Source: an uncultured Gemmatimonadales bacterium (GTDB taxonomy: Bacteria; Gemmatimonadota; Gemmatimonadetes; Gemmatimonadales; GWC2-71-9). From it: a stretch of DNA of 64,000 bases. Below are positions 41,064-52,750 of this stretch, in pieces; position 1 is the first letter of the stretch; each line of letters starts with the position of its first letter. Location of the stretch: the NCBI GenBank assembly GCA_963695555.1, contig CAVOGR010000001.1, forward strand, positions 384,001-448,000. Direction: 5' to 3'. The notes beneath the pieces were generated by a model. It made no database searches and had not been told where the DNA came from. It saw only the letters and a list, made by a program, of their open reading frames with translations. A program made the position numbers and the translations under genes.

Positions 41064-42575
41064 TTAGCCCTGAGTTTCCTTGGGGAATAGGACCTCAACC
41101 CGCCGGGTTGGGCTGCCCTCAACCGGTGGGGCGGTGCCGGACCCCCAGGTTCGCTTCGCCCCCCCGGTCTGGCCGAGCCCCTCCCAGAGCCGGGCCGTCT
41201 TGGCAGGCATGAAGGGGTCAGTCATGAGTGCCAGGCGATACAGGCATCTTGCAAGGGTCCCAAGGGTGGCATCGAGGTCCGAGTCCTTGCCCTCCTTGGC
41301 GAGCGTCCAGGGCGCTACTTCGACGATGTACTGGTTGGCTCGGGCCACGAGGGTCCACGCCGCCTCCAACCCGCCCCGGAGGTCGAGGGCGTCCATCCGA
41401 GCTCGGTAGCGCTCGAGCACATCGAGCCCGGCCTGATCGAGCGACGTGCCGTTCGGGGACGGCGGCACGATGCCCCCGCGATACTTATCGAGCATGGCCA
41501 GCGTTCGGGAGACGAGGTTGCCGAGTCCGTCCGCGAGGTCGGCTACGTAGCGCTCGTCGAACCGGTCCCAGGTGAAGTTGCCGTCCGCTTCGAAGCCAAC
41601 CTCCCGGAGCAGAAAGTACCTGAGCGCATCGGTGCCGTGGCGCTCCATAGCCGACTCCAGCGACACGGCCGTCCCCGCGGTCTTCGACATTTTGGCGCCT
41701 TCCCACTGGATGTAGCCGTGCGCCCAGATCTGTCGCGGCAGGGGCAGGCCCGCGCTCGCGAGCATCGCGGGCCAGACCACGCAGTGAAACCGGGTGATGC
41801 CTTTGCCGATGACGTGGAGCTCGGCCGGCCACAGTCGCTGGTACCCGGAGTCGGGAAAGCCGGTTGCGGAGAGGTAGTTGATGAGCGCGTCGAACCACAC
41901 GTACACCGTGTGATCCGGATCGCCGGGGAAGGGAATTCCCCAGGGAAAGCGGGCCCGGGAGATGGAGATATCCTGCAGCCCGTCCTCGAGGAGCCGGATG
42001 ATCTCGTTGCGCCGGATCGCGGGCTCGACCAGAAACTCTCCGGACTGGATCAGCTGCAGCATCGAGTCGCCGTAGCGGCTCAACCGGAAGAAGTGGTTTT
42101 CCTCTTTTTTTGCCGCGAGCTCGAGCGAGGGATGTTCGAGACAACGCCCGTCGGCGATTTGGCTGTCCTGTTTGAACTCCTCGCACCCGCTGCAGTAGAG
42201 TCCCTCGTAGGTGTCGACGAAGAGATCGTTGGGGTTGTGCGTGCGAATCTGAGTGAGAAGCGCTTCGACGGCGCGCTTGTGCCGCGGCTCCGTGGTCCGG
42301 ATCCAGTCGTCGTAGCTGCAGTCGAGTCGGTGGTAGAGATCGGCAAATCGGTCCGCCATGCGGTCCACCCACGCCTGGGGCGACACGCCGTTGGCCTCCG
42401 CCGCCTGGACCACGCTTTGGGAATGCTCGTCCATTCCCATCACGAAGTGCACGTCGTCGCCACGGAGTCTCCGGTACCGGGCAATGGCATCCGTCCCGAC
42501 CTTCTCCAGAGCCTGGCCCAGGTGGGGATCGCCGTTGGCGTAATCGATGGCGGTCGTGACGTAGAACTTAGTCAC
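41064..42575 (-). CDS. metG: Methionyl-tRNA synthetase (short form)
   Basis: FYVTTAIDYANG.PHLG, YVWFDAL.NY and KMSKT motifs. Confidence 0.93.
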   Translation of the reverse strand: MTKFYVTTAIDYANGDPHLGQALEKVGTDAIARYRRLRGDDVHFVMGMDEHSQSVVQAAEANGVSPQAWVDRMADRFADLYHRLDCSYDDWIRTTEPRHKRAVEALLTQIRTHNPNDLFVDTYEGLYCSGCEEFKQDSQIADGRCLEHPSLELAAKKEENHFFRLSRYGDSMLQLIQSGEFLVEPAIRRNEIIRLLEDGLQDISISRARFPWGIPFPGDPDHTVYVWFDALINYLSATGFPDSGYQRLWPAELHVIGKGITRFHCVVWPAMLASAGLPLPRQIWAHGYIQWEGAKMSKTAGTAVSLESAMERHGTDALRYFLLREVGFEADGNFTWDRFDERYVADLADGLGNLVSRTLAMLDKYRGGIVPPSPNGTSLDQAGLDVLERYRARMDALDLRGGLEAAWTLVARANQYIVEVAPWTLAKEGKDSDLDATLGTLARCLYRLALMTDPFMPAKTARLWEGLGQTGGAKRTWGSGTAPPVEGSPTRRVEVLFPKETQG

Positions 42576-43641
42576 TCTTGCTCCCGTCCCCCGGGGTGGA
42601 GCCGGGTGGTTTCCTGCCCCGGCGCCGCCCGCGTCCTCGCCCTCGTCCCCGCCGGCGTCCTTTCGGTGCTTCGTGGGGTGGCGTCGCTTCGGACGGCCGT
42701 TCGGCGGGCGCTTCGGCCGCTCGAGGCGCCGACGGCGCGGGAGCCGGGGCCACCGCCGCCGCCGCCGGACCGGCACCGGTCGTCGGGTGTGCCCGCGCGC
42801 GCTCGATTTCCTCCTGGAGCGCGACCAGCGGCACGATCCGCGGCCCTTGGTCGGCGCTTCGGAGGAACACCCGCTCGCGGAAGATGTCGACCGCGACGAC
42901 CCGCTCCTTGCCGCGCTCGGTCGCGAGGTCCTTTCCTTCTTTGGGGAAGCGCTTCCGGGTCGTGACGTAGAAGTCGTGCTCGTACTTGAGACAGCACAGC
43001 AAACGGCCGCAGCCGCCTGATATTTGGGACGGATTCAGCGCCAGGTGCTGGTCCTTGGCCAGGCTCAGACTCACCGGTGAGAGCTCGGGCAACCAAGTCG
43101 AGCAACAGTACTCGCGGCCACAGCGCCCGATGCCCGTCAACCGGGCGGCTTCGTCCCGGACGCCGATCTGTCGGAGGTCGATGCGGGTCCGGAACTGCGC
43201 GGCCAAGTCGCGAACCAGCGCGCGAAAGTCGACGCGATGCTCCGCCGTGAAGAAGATGCTGAGCTTGCGGCGGTCCCACTGCCATTCTGCATCGCTGACC
43301 TTCATGGTCAGATTGTGACTGCGCACCCGTTCGATGACCCTGCGGCGGATGTCCTCTTCGATGCGTCTAAGCTCGTTGGCGGTCTTGATGTCTTGCTGGC
43401 TGGCGCGACGAAGGACGTTCCGGGGGTCGGCCGCGGGCTTGGCTCCGATGTCGCACCCGCTGCAGCCATCACCGCATTTCTTGAGCGCCACGTCGCCGAC
43501 GGCGCTGACCCAACCGAAGTCGCGGCCGCGCTCCACCTCGACGATGACCCCCTCCTTGAGCCGGAGGGGGTCGTCCGCCGCTGGCCAGACGAAGAAGTCC
43601 CGGCGGGTGCCCTTGAAGCGGACTTCGACGGTCTGGGGCAT
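42568..43641 (-). CDS. ricT: PSP1/RicT domain protein
   Basis: RVDFRALVRDLA, RQIGVRDEA, CGREYCC and SGGCGRLLCCLKYE motifs. Confidence 0.88.
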   Translation of the reverse strand: MPQTVEVRFKGTRRDFFVWPAADDPLRLKEGVIVEVERGRDFGWVSAVGDVALKKCGDGCSGCDIGAKPAADPRNVLRRASQQDIKTANELRRIEEDIRRRVIERVRSHNLTMKVSDAEWQWDRRKLSIFFTAEHRVDFRALVRDLAAQFRTRIDLRQIGVRDEAARLTGIGRCGREYCCSTWLPELSPVSLSLAKDQHLALNPSQISGGCGRLLCCLKYEHDFYVTTRKRFPKEGKDLATERGKERVVAVDIFRERVFLRSADQGPRIVPLVALQEEIERARAHPTTGAGPAAAAVAPAPAPSAPRAAEAPAERPSEATPPHEAPKGRRRGRGRGRGRRRGRKPPGSTPGDGSKSD

Positions 43642-44606
43642 CAGCTCTCGCTGAACGCGCCGATCGCTGCGTATTTGCTGGCCCGTCGGCGCACGAGCTT
43701 ATCGGGACGGGTGCGTCTGAGCTCGGTGACGTGGCGGATGAGCGCCTCGCGCACGGCTTCCTCCGTCGCCTCCGGATCGGTGTGGGCCCCGCCCGTCGGC
43801 TCGGCGATGATCTCGTCGATGACGCCGAGTCGAAGCAAGTCGTCGCCGGTGAGTTTCAAGGCCGAAGCCGCCCGTTCGCGCTGGGCCGCGTCATTCCACA
43901 AGATGGCGGCGCACCCCTCGGGCGAGATGACGGAATACACCGAGTTCTCGAGCATCAAGATCCGGTCGGCCACCCCTAGAGCCAGGGCACCGCCGGAGCC
44001 GCCCTCGCCGATCACCACACAGATGGATGGAGTCGGCAGCGCCGCCATCTCCAAGATGCTCCGGGCCAGCGCCTCGGATTGCCCGCGCTCCTCGGCTCCC
44101 AGGCCGGGGTAGGCGCCGGGCGTGTCCACCAAGGTGATGACCGGGGCGGAAAACTTCGCGGCGAGCTTCATCAGGCGCAGCGCCTTGCGGTAGCCCTCGG
44201 GATGTGGCATACCGAAGTTCCGCTTCAAGTTCTCTTTGGTGTCCCGGCCCTTCTGGTGCCCGATCACCATCACCGTATCGCCCGTCAACCTGGCCCACCC
44301 GCCCACAATGGCCAGGTCATCGCGATAGGTCCGGTCACCATGGAGCTCGATGAAGTCAGTAAAGATGGTGCTCAGGTAATCGAGCGTGTACGGCCGGCGG
44401 GGGTGCCGGGCAACTTGGACGCGTTGCATCGGAGAGAGCCCGCTGTAAATCTCGTCACGCAGGGCATACAGCTTCTTCTCCAACTGATCCACTTGCTCGG
44501 CCACGTCGATGTGGCGCTCGGTTCCGACGCGCGTGAGGTCCTCGATTTCCCGCTCGAGTTCGACCAGCGGCTTCTCGAATTCCAGCGTGTACAGCGACGA
44601 AGCCAT
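43641..44606 (-). CDS. accA: Acetyl-CoA carboxylase carboxyltransferase alpha
   Basis: [20 protein letters not shown] and [10 protein letters not shown] motifs. Confidence 0.97.
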   Translation of the reverse strand: MASSLYTLEFEKPLVELEREIEDLTRVGTERHIDVAEQVDQLEKKLYALRDEIYSGLSPMQRVQVARHPRRPYTLDYLSTIFTDFIELHGDRTYRDDLAIVGGWARLTGDTVMVIGHQKGRDTKENLKRNFGMPHPEGYRKALRLMKLAAKFSAPVITLVDTPGAYPGLGAEERGQSEALARSILEMAALPTPSICVVIGEGGSGGALALGVADRILMLENSVYSVISPEGCAAILWNDAAQRERAASALKLTGDDLLRLGVIDEIIAEPTGGAHTDPEATEEAVREALIRHVTELRRTRPDKLVRRRASKYAAIGAFSES

Positions 44607-44607
44607 A

Positions 44608-47600
44608 TCAGCCAGCCTTCACGATGTGGACCGCTTCCACGCCGAAGAGATCGCGGAGCGCATGGATCAAGTCTTCCTCTGGAGTGACGCGGAGCCGCCG
44701 TGACCGCAATCGGAGCGATTCCCCGTTCCCGTCACTCCACTCAATATAGACCGGCCCCGGTCCCGGATGCGCCGCCATGAGCGCGACGGCCTGGTGCACC
44801 GCCTCAGGGTGTGGCGCTTCGGGGGTTCTCCACCGCAGCGTGACGCCGACCGCGCCGGAGGTGCGCAGATCCTCGAGTGGTCTGGCGCCCTCTACCACGA
44901 ACGGCGCGCTGTCTTCTCCACGGTCCCGGGCACTGTAGCCACCGACGAGGAGCATGGCCGCGTCCTGGACCACGACCTGATTCAGTTTGGCCCAGGTGTC
45001 CGGAAACACGATGGCCTCCGCCGTACCGTGAAAGTCCTCCAACGTGAGGCGGGCGTACTCCTTGCCGGTCTTCTTCGAGATCTGGCGCTTGACGACCGTG
45101 ACGATCGCCGCAATCGAGACTTGATGCTCGCTCCATTGGCCCAGCGTAGCCGCGGTGCGCGTGCCGAACAGCTCCACCTCATGGCGGAAGTTCTCGAGCG
45201 GATGGCCGGAAATGAAGAATCCCAGCACTTCTTTTTCTTTCGTCAGCCGCTCGGCCTCCTCCCATGCGGGGATGTCGGGCAGCGCATGCTGGATGGGAGC
45301 AGCGCGTGCCGATCCCTCGCCGAACAGCGATGCCTGCCCCACCTCGCGCTCCTGCTGGAGCAGCTGGGCCTCGGCGAGGGCGGTCTCGCTCGCGGCGAGC
45401 AATTGAGCCCGGTGCCCACCGAGGGTATCGCAGGCGCCGGCCGCGATCAGCGATTCGAGCACCCGCTTGTTGCATTGCCTCACATCGATGCGGCCGATGA
45501 AATCCCGGAGCGACGTGAACGCGCCGCCGCCCCCGCGACCCTCGATGATCGAGGTAATTGCCCCCTGACCGACATTCCGCACCGCCCCGAGGCCGAACCG
45601 GATCCGCTGGGTGCCCACCACCGTGAACTTGAAGCCTGATTCGTTGACGTCCGGCGGCAACACCTCGAGATCCATGTCGCGCGCGGCGTTGATGTATTGG
45701 ACCACCTTATCGGTGTTGCCGATTTCCGAGGACAAGAGCGCGGCCATGAATTCCGCCGGGTAATGCGTTTTGAGCCAGGCGGTTTGGTACGAGAGCATCG
45801 AGTACGCGACCGAGTGTGACTTGTTGAAGCCGTATCGGCCGAACGTTTCGATCTGGCTGGCCATGTCGTCCATCAGCTTGCGCGTGTGCCCCTGTTCCAC
45901 CCCCCGTTTCACGAATCGCCCGAGCTCCTTACGAATGAGGGCGGGAATCTTCTTCCCGACCGCCTTGCGGAGCACGTCGGCTTCCGCCAGGCTGAACCCC
46001 GCGAGGATGTTGGCGATGCGCATGACCTGTTCTTGGTACGTGATGACGCCGTAGGTCGGCTCGAGCACTTCCCGGAGCGTCTCGTGCGGGTACGTCACCT
46101 CCTCGTGGCCCAGCTTGCGGCGGATGAACACCGTATGCATCCCGGTGTCCAACGGCCCCGGGCGCATGAGCGCGTTGCACGCCACGAGATCGTCGAATCG
46201 ATCGCACTTCATGCTGCGGAGCATGTCCGTCGCCAGCGGCGACTCGAATTGGAAGACGCCTGCCGTCTGCCCCCGTCGGAGCAAGTCGTAGACGTCGGCA
46301 TCATCCACCGGGAGCTTCCCGATCGCGATACGCTCACCATGGCGTTGTTCGATCATCTGCACCGCGTCGTGGATGACGGTGAGCGTCTTGAGGCCGAGGA
46401 GGTCCATCTTCAGCATCCCGGCCTTCTCCAGCCCCAGCATGTCGTACTGCGTGATGATGGCGTCCTCGCCGCCGGTACTCTGGCCGGCGCCCTTGGTGGG
46501 CGTGGTACAGACGGGGACGTACTCATGGAGAGGGCCAGGCGCGATGACGATACCGGCCGCGTGGACACTCGCGTGGCGGGCAATGCCCTCGATGCGCGCA
46601 CCGAGATCGACCAGCCGACGGTACACCTCGCCGCGCGAGGTGAGGCCACGCAGCTCCTTGACCTTCTTCACCGCCTCCGGGATGGTGAGACTGTACGCCG
46701 GGCCGGACGGGATCAACTTGGTGATCTTGTCGGCCTCGGCGGGTGGCAGCTTGAGGACGCGCGCGACGTCCTTGATGGCCGCCCGAGCCTTGAGCGTCCC
46801 GAAGGTGATGATCTGGCCGACGCTGTCCCGGCCGTACCGTTGACGGACATACTCGATGACCTCGCCGCGCCGCTCGAAGCAAAAGTCCACGTCGATGTCC
46901 GGCATCGAGATCCGTTCGGGGTTCAGGAACCGCTCGAACAGGAGATCGAACCGGAGCGGGTCCACGTCCGTGATGCCCAACGCATAGGCCACGAGTGAGC
47001 CCGCGGCCGAGCCGCGGCCCGGTCCTACCGGTATGCCACGCTCGCGCGCGGCCGCAATGATGTCTTGGACGATCAGGAAATACCCGGCGTATCCCGAGGC
47101 ATTGATGACGCCGAGTTCGTAGCGGAGGCGCTCCTCCACGGCAGGCGCCGCCGGTGAGCCATAGCGGTCCGCCGCGCCGCGGGTGGCGAGATGGGCGAGG
47201 AGATCTTCGTCCGATGCGAATTCGGCCGGCCGCGGAAACTGCGGAACCAAGTACTGCTTTTCAAAAGTGAATTCGCAGAGATTCGCGATGTCCTGCGTGT
47301 TTGCCAGGGTCTCAGGATGGTCCGGAAAAAGCGCCTGCATTTCCGATTCGGATTTGACGTACGACTCCTGTCCGGTAAACCGGAATCGGTTGGGATCGTC
47401 GAGGTCGCTCCCGGTGCCGATGGCGAGAAGCACGTCGTGGGCCTCTGCATCCTCGCGCCGCAAGTAGTGCGCGTCGTTCGTCGCGACCACGCCGATACCG
47501 AGTTCGTCGCCCAATTGCAACATGCCCGCCGCGACGACATCCTCGTCGGGAATCCCGTGCTTCTGGATTTCCAACCAAAAACCGTTCGGCCCGAAGGTCT

Positions 47601-48093
47601 GCGCGAACCATCGGGCCGAGTCTCTCGCCTTGTCGTACGCGCCCTGGCGCAGGTACAACGCAACCTCGCCCGACAGGCACGCGGCCAGGCACACGAGTCC
47701 GTCTGCGTGCTTGGCCAGCACCTCCCGGTCGATCCGGGGGCGGCGGTAGAATCCTTCCAGGTAGCCGATCGACGTGAGGCGAACCAGGTTGTGATAGCCG
47801 ACCTTGTTCTTGGCCAGAAGGACCAAGTGGCTGTAGGGGGCTGGGGCCCAGGGCGGCTTCTGCTGCTCGCGGCGGGAGCCGAACGCGACATACGCCTCGC
47901 AGCCCAGAATCGGCCGGATCTGCTTCGCCTTGGCCGCCTCGTAAAAGGTCCAGGCGGCGTGCATGTTGCCATGGTCGGTGATGGCGAGACTGTCCATCCC
48001 CAGCTGCTTGACGTGATCGACCAGGTCATGGACCCGGTTCGCCCCGTCGAGCAGGGAATACTCGCTATGGGTATGGAGGTGGACGAACGCCAT
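44608..48093 (-). CDS. dnaE: DNA polymerase III alpha subunit
   Basis: [15 protein letters not shown] (PHP), [16 protein letters not shown] and YGFNKSH motifs. No intein seen. Confidence 0.97.
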   Translation of the reverse strand: MAFVHLHTHSEYSLLDGANRVHDLVDHVKQLGMDSLAITDHGNMHAAWTFYEAAKAKQIRPILGCEAYVAFGSRREQQKPPWAPAPYSHLVLLAKNKVGYHNLVRLTSIGYLEGFYRRPRIDREVLAKHADGLVCLAACLSGEVALYLRQGAYDKARDSARWFAQTFGPNGFWLEIQKHGIPDEDVVAAGMLQLGDELGIGVVATNDAHYLRREDAEAHDVLLAIGTGSDLDDPNRFRFTGQESYVKSESEMQALFPDHPETLANTQDIANLCEFTFEKQYLVPQFPRPAEFASDEDLLAHLATRGAADRYGSPAAPAVEERLRYELGVINASGYAGYFLIVQDIIAAARERGIPVGPGRGSAAGSLVAYALGITDVDPLRFDLLFERFLNPERISMPDIDVDFCFERRGEVIEYVRQRYGRDSVGQIITFGTLKARAAIKDVARVLKLPPAEADKITKLIPSGPAYSLTIPEAVKKVKELRGLTSRGEVYRRLVDLGARIEGIARHASVHAAGIVIAPGPLHEYVPVCTTPTKGAGQSTGGEDAIITQYDMLGLEKAGMLKMDLLGLKTLTVIHDAVQMIEQRHGERIAIGKLPVDDADVYDLLRRGQTAGVFQFESPLATDMLRSMKCDRFDDLVACNALMRPGPLDTGMHTVFIRRKLGHEEVTYPHETLREVLEPTYGVITYQEQVMRIANILAGFSLAEADVLRKAVGKKIPALIRKELGRFVKRGVEQGHTRKLMDDMASQIETFGRYGFNKSHSVAYSMLSYQTAWLKTHYPAEFMAALLSSEIGNTDKVVQYINAARDMDLEVLPPDVNESGFKFTVVGTQRIRFGLGAVRNVGQGAITSIIEGRGGGGAFTSLRDFIGRIDVRQCNKRVLESLIAAGACDTLGGHRAQLLAASETALAEAQLLQQEREVGQASLFGEGSARAAPIQHALPDIPAWEEAERLTKEKEVLGFFISGHPLENFRHEVELFGTRTAATLGQWSEHQVSIAAIVTVVKRQISKKTGKEYARLTLEDFHGTAEAIVFPDTWAKLNQVVVQDAAMLLVGGYSARDRGEDSAPFVVEGARPLEDLRTSGAVGVTLRWRTPEAPHPEAVHQAVALMAAHPGPGPVYIEWSDGNGESLRLRSRRLRVTPEEDLIHALRDLFGVEAVHIVKAG

Positions 48094-48148
48094 GGGTTAC
48101 CCGCCGCCCGGGCCGCCGCGGTGCCCCTCGCCTTGGCATGGTTGCTGC

Positions 48149-48271
48149 GCCGGCAGGGGCGGGGCCTGGGGTACCGAAGAAGGACATCCCTCCCGGTGAG
48201 GCCGACGTAAAACCTCGCTGTCGGGCCCGGGAGGGTCAGGAAATCACGGTCACTGAATCAAGCTACCCGGC
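48149..48271 (-). ncRNA. Candidate structured RNA in the dnaE 5' region
   Basis: Nested stems GCCGG/CCGGC, ACCG/CGGT, CCCTCCCGG/CCGGGAGGG and CCGAC/GTCGG, preceded by a TTGCAA-N16-TATTGT promoter-like sequence. Confidence 0.35.
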
Positions 48272-48357
48272 CACAATACGATTGTCAAAAGGCGTTGCAA
48301 TACCATATCTTGCGGCGTTCGGCCGCGTTCCCAGCCTCCCACCTCGGAGCCCTCGTC

Positions 48358-50061
48358 GTGAAGCGTCTGTCCCTCGTGATTGTCCTGCCGGCCGCCTGGC
48401 TGGCCGCCTGCGGCGGAGCCGATCCCGTCGCTCCACCGCCACCGCCCCCCGCCTTGAATTGTGCCACCACGCCCGCCTCTGCCCTGGCGGCCGGGGCCCA
48501 CGTCCTGGTCGACCCGCTCACCTCCGGCGGCTGCCTCAAGCTTCCCTCGGCCGGCGTCGGCGGTGCGGAGCACCTGGTGGTGGCGGTATCGACCGCCGGC
48601 ACTGAGACTCCGGCGGGTATCAGCGAGGCCTACACCCTGACGGGGCAGCCCGCGGCAGGGGTGGCAACGGCTGCCCGTGGGGCGCTGCCCTCGCCGGCCC
48701 TCCGGGCGTTCCGACCTTCGCTTCCGGCCGATCGATTCCACCTGAGCCTCAGGCAGCGCGAGCGAGAACTGGCACGCGACCCCCGCGCCCAGTTCTCGAG
48801 GGGAGCGGTCAGCACCGCGCTTTCGGTGCCGCCGCCCGTCGGCGATCAGCGGGATTTCCAGGTGTGTGCGGAGACGTCGTGCAGCAGCTTCATCACCGTC
48901 ACGGCCACCGCCAAGTACGTCGGCCCGAGGGGCGCCATCTACCTGGATGACACGGTACCGGCCGGCGGCCTCACCCAGGCGGACATCGATTCACTGGGGA
49001 TGTTGTTCGACGGCGGCGCGGTCAACATGTACACCATCGACAGCACCGCCTTCGGTGCCGAATCGGACCTCGACACCAACAACGTTGCCATCATCCTCCT
49101 GACCGACGCGGTGAACGCGTTGAGCGGTAACTGCAATTCCACCGGCAGCGTCATCCTGGGCTTCTTCTTCGGCCTGGATCTCTTCCCCGGCATGGCCAAC
49201 TCGAATGGGGGGGAGGTCTTCTACGGGTTCGTTCCCGACCCTGCCAACCCGTCCTGCACGGTGAGCAAGAACTTCGTCGCATCCATTCTTCCGCCGACAT
49301 TCATTCATGAATTCCACCACATGATCAGTTTCAACCAACGGGTGCTGGTGCGCTCGGGACAAGCGGAAGACACCTGGCTCAACGAGGCACTGTCGCACTT
49401 CGCTGAGGAACTCGGTGGGAGGCTGTTGCCGGACGGTTTCGCCCTCGGGACCGCTCCCGACCGATTCTCTCAGTTTTTGACCGGCAATGTGAGCAATGCG
49501 TACGACTATTTGGAAGATCCGGAAGCGACCTTTCTGATTACGCCGGGGAATTCCACGGGGACGCTCAAGGAGCGGGGCGCCAACTGGCTGTTCATCCGCT
49601 GGATTGCCGATCACTTCGATTCCGACCCCAACGGCGCCAACCTGACGCGCGCCCTGGTCCAGACGACCCGTGCCGGATCGGCCAACGTCGCGGCCGCGAC
49701 GGGGGTCGCGTTCTCGACGCTCGTTCCAGAATGGCAGCTCGCCAACTATTTGGACAATCTCACGGGCTTCACGCCGCAGAGCACGCGGCTGCAATACGAG
49801 AGCTGGAACTTCCGGAGCACCTTCGCCTCGCTCAATCAACAGGCGCCCGGCACCTTCCCGCGGCCCTATCCGCTGGTGCCCGACCAGAGTGCGAACGGGA
49901 CCTACACGCGCACCGGGACCCTGCGGAGCGGCAGCGGACGGCACATTGTGGTCACGCAAAGCGCGTCCGCTGATTCTCTGGAACTTCGCTTGAGGAATGG
50001 CGCGGGTGCCCCCCTGTCTTCGACCATCGCCGCGCGCTATGGAGTGGTGCGCATTCGCTGA
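48358..50061 (+). CDS. Lipoprotein zinc metallopeptidase-like protein
   Basis: LAAC lipobox; HEFHH and WLNEALSH motifs. Confidence 0.75.
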   Translation: MKRLSLVIVLPAAWLAACGGADPVAPPPPPPALNCATTPASALAAGAHVLVDPLTSGGCLKLPSAGVGGAEHLVVAVSTAGTETPAGISEAYTLTGQPAAGVATAARGALPSPALRAFRPSLPADRFHLSLRQRERELARDPRAQFSRGAVSTALSVPPPVGDQRDFQVCAETSCSSFITVTATAKYVGPRGAIYLDDTVPAGGLTQADIDSLGMLFDGGAVNMYTIDSTAFGAESDLDTNNVAIILLTDAVNALSGNCNSTGSVILGFFFGLDLFPGMANSNGGEVFYGFVPDPANPSCTVSKNFVASILPPTFIHEFHHMISFNQRVLVRSGQAEDTWLNEALSHFAEELGGRLLPDGFALGTAPDRFSQFLTGNVSNAYDYLEDPEATFLITPGNSTGTLKERGANWLFIRWIADHFDSDPNGANLTRALVQTTRAGSANVAAATGVAFSTLVPEWQLANYLDNLTGFTPQSTRLQYESWNFRSTFASLNQQAPGTFPRPYPLVPDQSANGTYTRTGTLRSGSGRHIVVTQSASADSLELRLRNGAGAPLSSTIAARYGVVRIR

Positions 50062-50131
50062 CGCGAGTTTTCCACGTCAGGCTCCGCGGGTCGAGCGGAG
50101 ACGGCCCCACCCCACGCGCTCGGCGCGACTG

Positions 50132-51001
50132 GTGCGGGCCGCCGCGTTCGCCGGCCTCGTGCTGCTACCTGCGTGGCTCCCGGCCCAGACGGCTCCCGCT
50201 CCGCTGATCCTGCGGCTCCCCGGCTCCGTGCGGAGCGCGGGCATGGCCGGGGCAAGCGTGGCCGTGGTGGGCTTTGCCGGGAGCATCTTCGTGAACCCCA
50301 CCGGCATCGCGACCATCGGCTCGTTGAGTGCCGAGGGCGCGTATGAGCACCACCCGGATCGCTCCACCTTCGGCGCGGCCGCCCTCGCGGTCCGGCTCGG
50401 GCAATTCGACTTTGGCGCGGGCTACGGACGGCTCAGACTCCGTGATACCGCCGCGGTTCCATTGAACGACCTGTGGGTGGCCTCAGCGGTCTATCGATTC
50501 GGCCTCACGGCAGTCGGCGCCTCGCTCAAGTACCTGACGGTCGAGGACAGCGCGGGGACGCTGAGCCAGGGGGTGACGAGTGATGTCGGTTTGACCGTGG
50601 CCGTCTTCGACATCATGGCGCTGGCCGTGAGCGTGCAGAATCTCGGCCGAGATGCCGTTTCCGGTCCGCTCCTGACGCTGCCCACGACGACGCATCTGGG
50701 CTTTACCTTGAATTTCGTCGATCCACAATCGACGGTTCGGTTGTTGGGAACGCTCGAGGGTGTCTGGACGGAAGGAGAGCGCGGCCGCACCGTGTGGGGG
50801 CTGGAGACCGGCGTCGTCCTGGGTGGGGTAGGGCTCGTGGGACGGCTGGGCAACGGAGCCCAACCAAGCGGGACGGGATTCTCGCGATGGGCCTACGGCG
50901 CGGGGGTCGAGTTGGGGCGGCTCCACCTCGATTGGGCCTATCAGGACCAGAGCGTGTTCGGCGCCGGGCTCCATCGGTTCGGCGCCCGGTGGACCCCATG
51001 A
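50132..51001 (+). CDS. PorV/PorQ-like outer-membrane barrel protein
   Basis: L.LP.SVRSAGMAGA..A......F.NP.G N-terminal motif and beta-strands. Start uncertain. Confidence 0.6.
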   Translation: MRAAAFAGLVLLPAWLPAQTAPAPLILRLPGSVRSAGMAGASVAVVGFAGSIFVNPTGIATIGSLSAEGAYEHHPDRSTFGAAALAVRLGQFDFGAGYGRLRLRDTAAVPLNDLWVASAVYRFGLTAVGASLKYLTVEDSAGTLSQGVTSDVGLTVAVFDIMALAVSVQNLGRDAVSGPLLTLPTTTHLGFTLNFVDPQSTVRLLGTLEGVWTEGERGRTVWGLETGVVLGGVGLVGRLGNGAQPSGTGFSRWAYGAGVELGRLHLDWAYQDQSVFGAGLHRFGARWTP

Positions 51002-52131
51002 GACGACGGAGGAAAGCGGCGATGATCTTTCTCGTGTTGGTTGGTGCACTCTTCGTGGGGTACGGCACCGCGTACGTGGTGAGCGACGACGTCCGCTACC
51101 TCACGCGGGCCGGCTTCGAGGAAACGCGGATTCTCCAGGCTCGACAACCCATCGAGCGCCTCATCCGCGATTCGAGCATCGCGTCCGACACGCGCGCCTC
51201 CCTCTCGCTCGTGCTCGAGAGTCGTGACTACGCCGCCGCACTGGGGCTCGAGGCGAAGAAGACCTATACGACCTTCGCCGACGTGGGGCGAGATACGTTG
51301 CTTATGGTGCTGTCGGCCTCGCCCAAGGACTGCCTCTGCCCGCACACCTGGAAGTATCCGATCGTCGGGCGCGTGCCGTACAAAGGATTCTTCGATTTCG
51401 ACATGGCGAGGGACGCAGCCGAAGAAATGGAACGCCGGGGCTACGACACCTATCTCCGGCCGTCCGCGGCATTCTCGACGCTGGGCTGGTTCAACGATCC
51501 CTTGCTCTCCACGGCGCTCGAGCGCGACTCCACCGAGTTGTCGGCTCTCGTGTTTCATGAGATTGCCCACAACACCTTGTACGTGAAGAGCGCCACACCG
51601 TTCAACGAGAGCTTCGCGCAAATGGTTGGATACCGCGCGGCGCAGTCTTTCTACCGGAGCCGGGGCGACTCGGCCCGGGCGGAACGCGCGGCTGGCCGCT
51701 GGCACGATGAGGTCCTGCTGTCGGGTTACTACTACGAGCTCAGTCGGCGGCTCGATTCGATCTACGGGAGTGGCGCCGACTCCACCGCCCTCGATGCCGG
51801 ACGTTCAGAAGTGGCCCGATGGGCCCGCGAGCAACTCCAGGACTCCCTCGCGCCGAGGTTCCGCACCTATCGTATCGGCCCACTCACTGAACGCCCCATC
51901 AACAACGCCCGGATCATCGCCGCGCGGATCTACCGCACGAGACTCGATCTCTTCGAGGCCTGGTTCCAACAACAGGGTCAGGATATCGCGGACGCGGTTC
52001 GCCAACTCGAGGTGCTCGAATCGGGTGCGATCGGCGACGAGGCGTATCAGCGATTGGAGCGGGCGCTCGACTCTACGGCCGCTCGTGGGTCTCCAGTAAT
52101 TCCTGATACACGGCCAAGTCCCCAGCGCTGA
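50998..52131 (+). CDS. Putative aminopeptidase (DUF2265-like)
   Basis: [30 protein letters not shown] and FNESFA motifs. ATGA overlap. Confidence 0.85.
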   Translation: MRRRRKAAMIFLVLVGALFVGYGTAYVVSDDVRYLTRAGFEETRILQARQPIERLIRDSSIASDTRASLSLVLESRDYAAALGLEAKKTYTTFADVGRDTLLMVLSASPKDCLCPHTWKYPIVGRVPYKGFFDFDMARDAAEEMERRGYDTYLRPSAAFSTLGWFNDPLLSTALERDSTELSALVFHEIAHNTLYVKSATPFNESFAQMVGYRAAQSFYRSRGDSARAERAAGRWHDEVLLSGYYYELSRRLDSIYGSGADSTALDAGRSEVARWAREQLQDSLAPRFRTYRIGPLTERPINNARIIAARIYRTRLDLFEAWFQQQGQDIADAVRQLEVLESGAIGDEAYQRLERALDSTAARGSPVIPDTRPSPQR

Positions 52132-52591
52132 AGCACACGAACCGGACGAGTTCGAACCCGCTGCGTGGCCGAACGAGCCGCTGGGTGGTGTCGACCGCGA
52201 TGGCTGCGGCCTGGCGGATGGGATACCCGTAGGCACCGGTGCCGATCGACGGCAACGCGATGCTGCGGACGCCGTGCTGAAGGGCGAGGTCGAGGACGCT
52301 CTCGTAGCAGCGGCGCAAGAGATCCGGTTCGCCATTGGTGCCACCCGACCACACCGGCCCCACCGTGTGAATCACGTAGCGGGCCGGGAGCCGGAACCCG
52401 GCGGTGAGCCGCGCCTCGCCCGTGGGGCAGCCTCCGAGCTTGGCGCACGCGGCGCGCAGTTCCGGACCCGCCGCGCGGTGGATGGCTCCATCGACCCCGC
52501 CGCCTCCCAGGAGCGTGGTGTTGGCGGCGTTGACGATGGCATCGACCGTCTCACGGGTGATATCGCCCTGTATCGCTTCGATATGCGCCAT
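52073..52591 (-). CDS. Macro domain O-acetyl-ADP-ribose deacetylase (YmdB-like)
   Basis: [27 protein letters not shown] and [10 protein letters not shown] motifs. Confidence 0.92.
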   Translation of the reverse strand: MAHIEAIQGDITRETVDAIVNAANTTLLGGGGVDGAIHRAAGPELRAACAKLGGCPTGEARLTAGFRLPARYVIHTVGPVWSGGTNGEPDLLRRCYESVLDLALQHGVRSIALPSIGTGAYGYPIRQAAAIAVDTTQRLVRPRSGFELVRFVCFSAGDLAVYQELLETHERP

Positions 52592-52750
52592 GGTCTGCTC
52601 GCCTCCGAGGACCGGGTATTCGAGTATACGGCCCGCAGGCCCCTGAGCCAACGGACCGAATGCCCCGGGCGTGAGGCTCGCGCCGGGGCCGATTCGGTGT
52701 AGTTTTCCTCTCACTACCGTATCAAAACCTTCCGCTTTTGGTGACCCTTC

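Noticed and set aside
44608..48093. Intein or split dnaE
   Set aside because: The 1161-aa length and continuous motifs fit an ordinary DnaE.
52073..52591. Macro domain as part of an anti-phage or toxin-antitoxin system
   Set aside because: Stand-alone YmdB-like gene with no adjacent ADP-ribosyltransferase or sirtuin.
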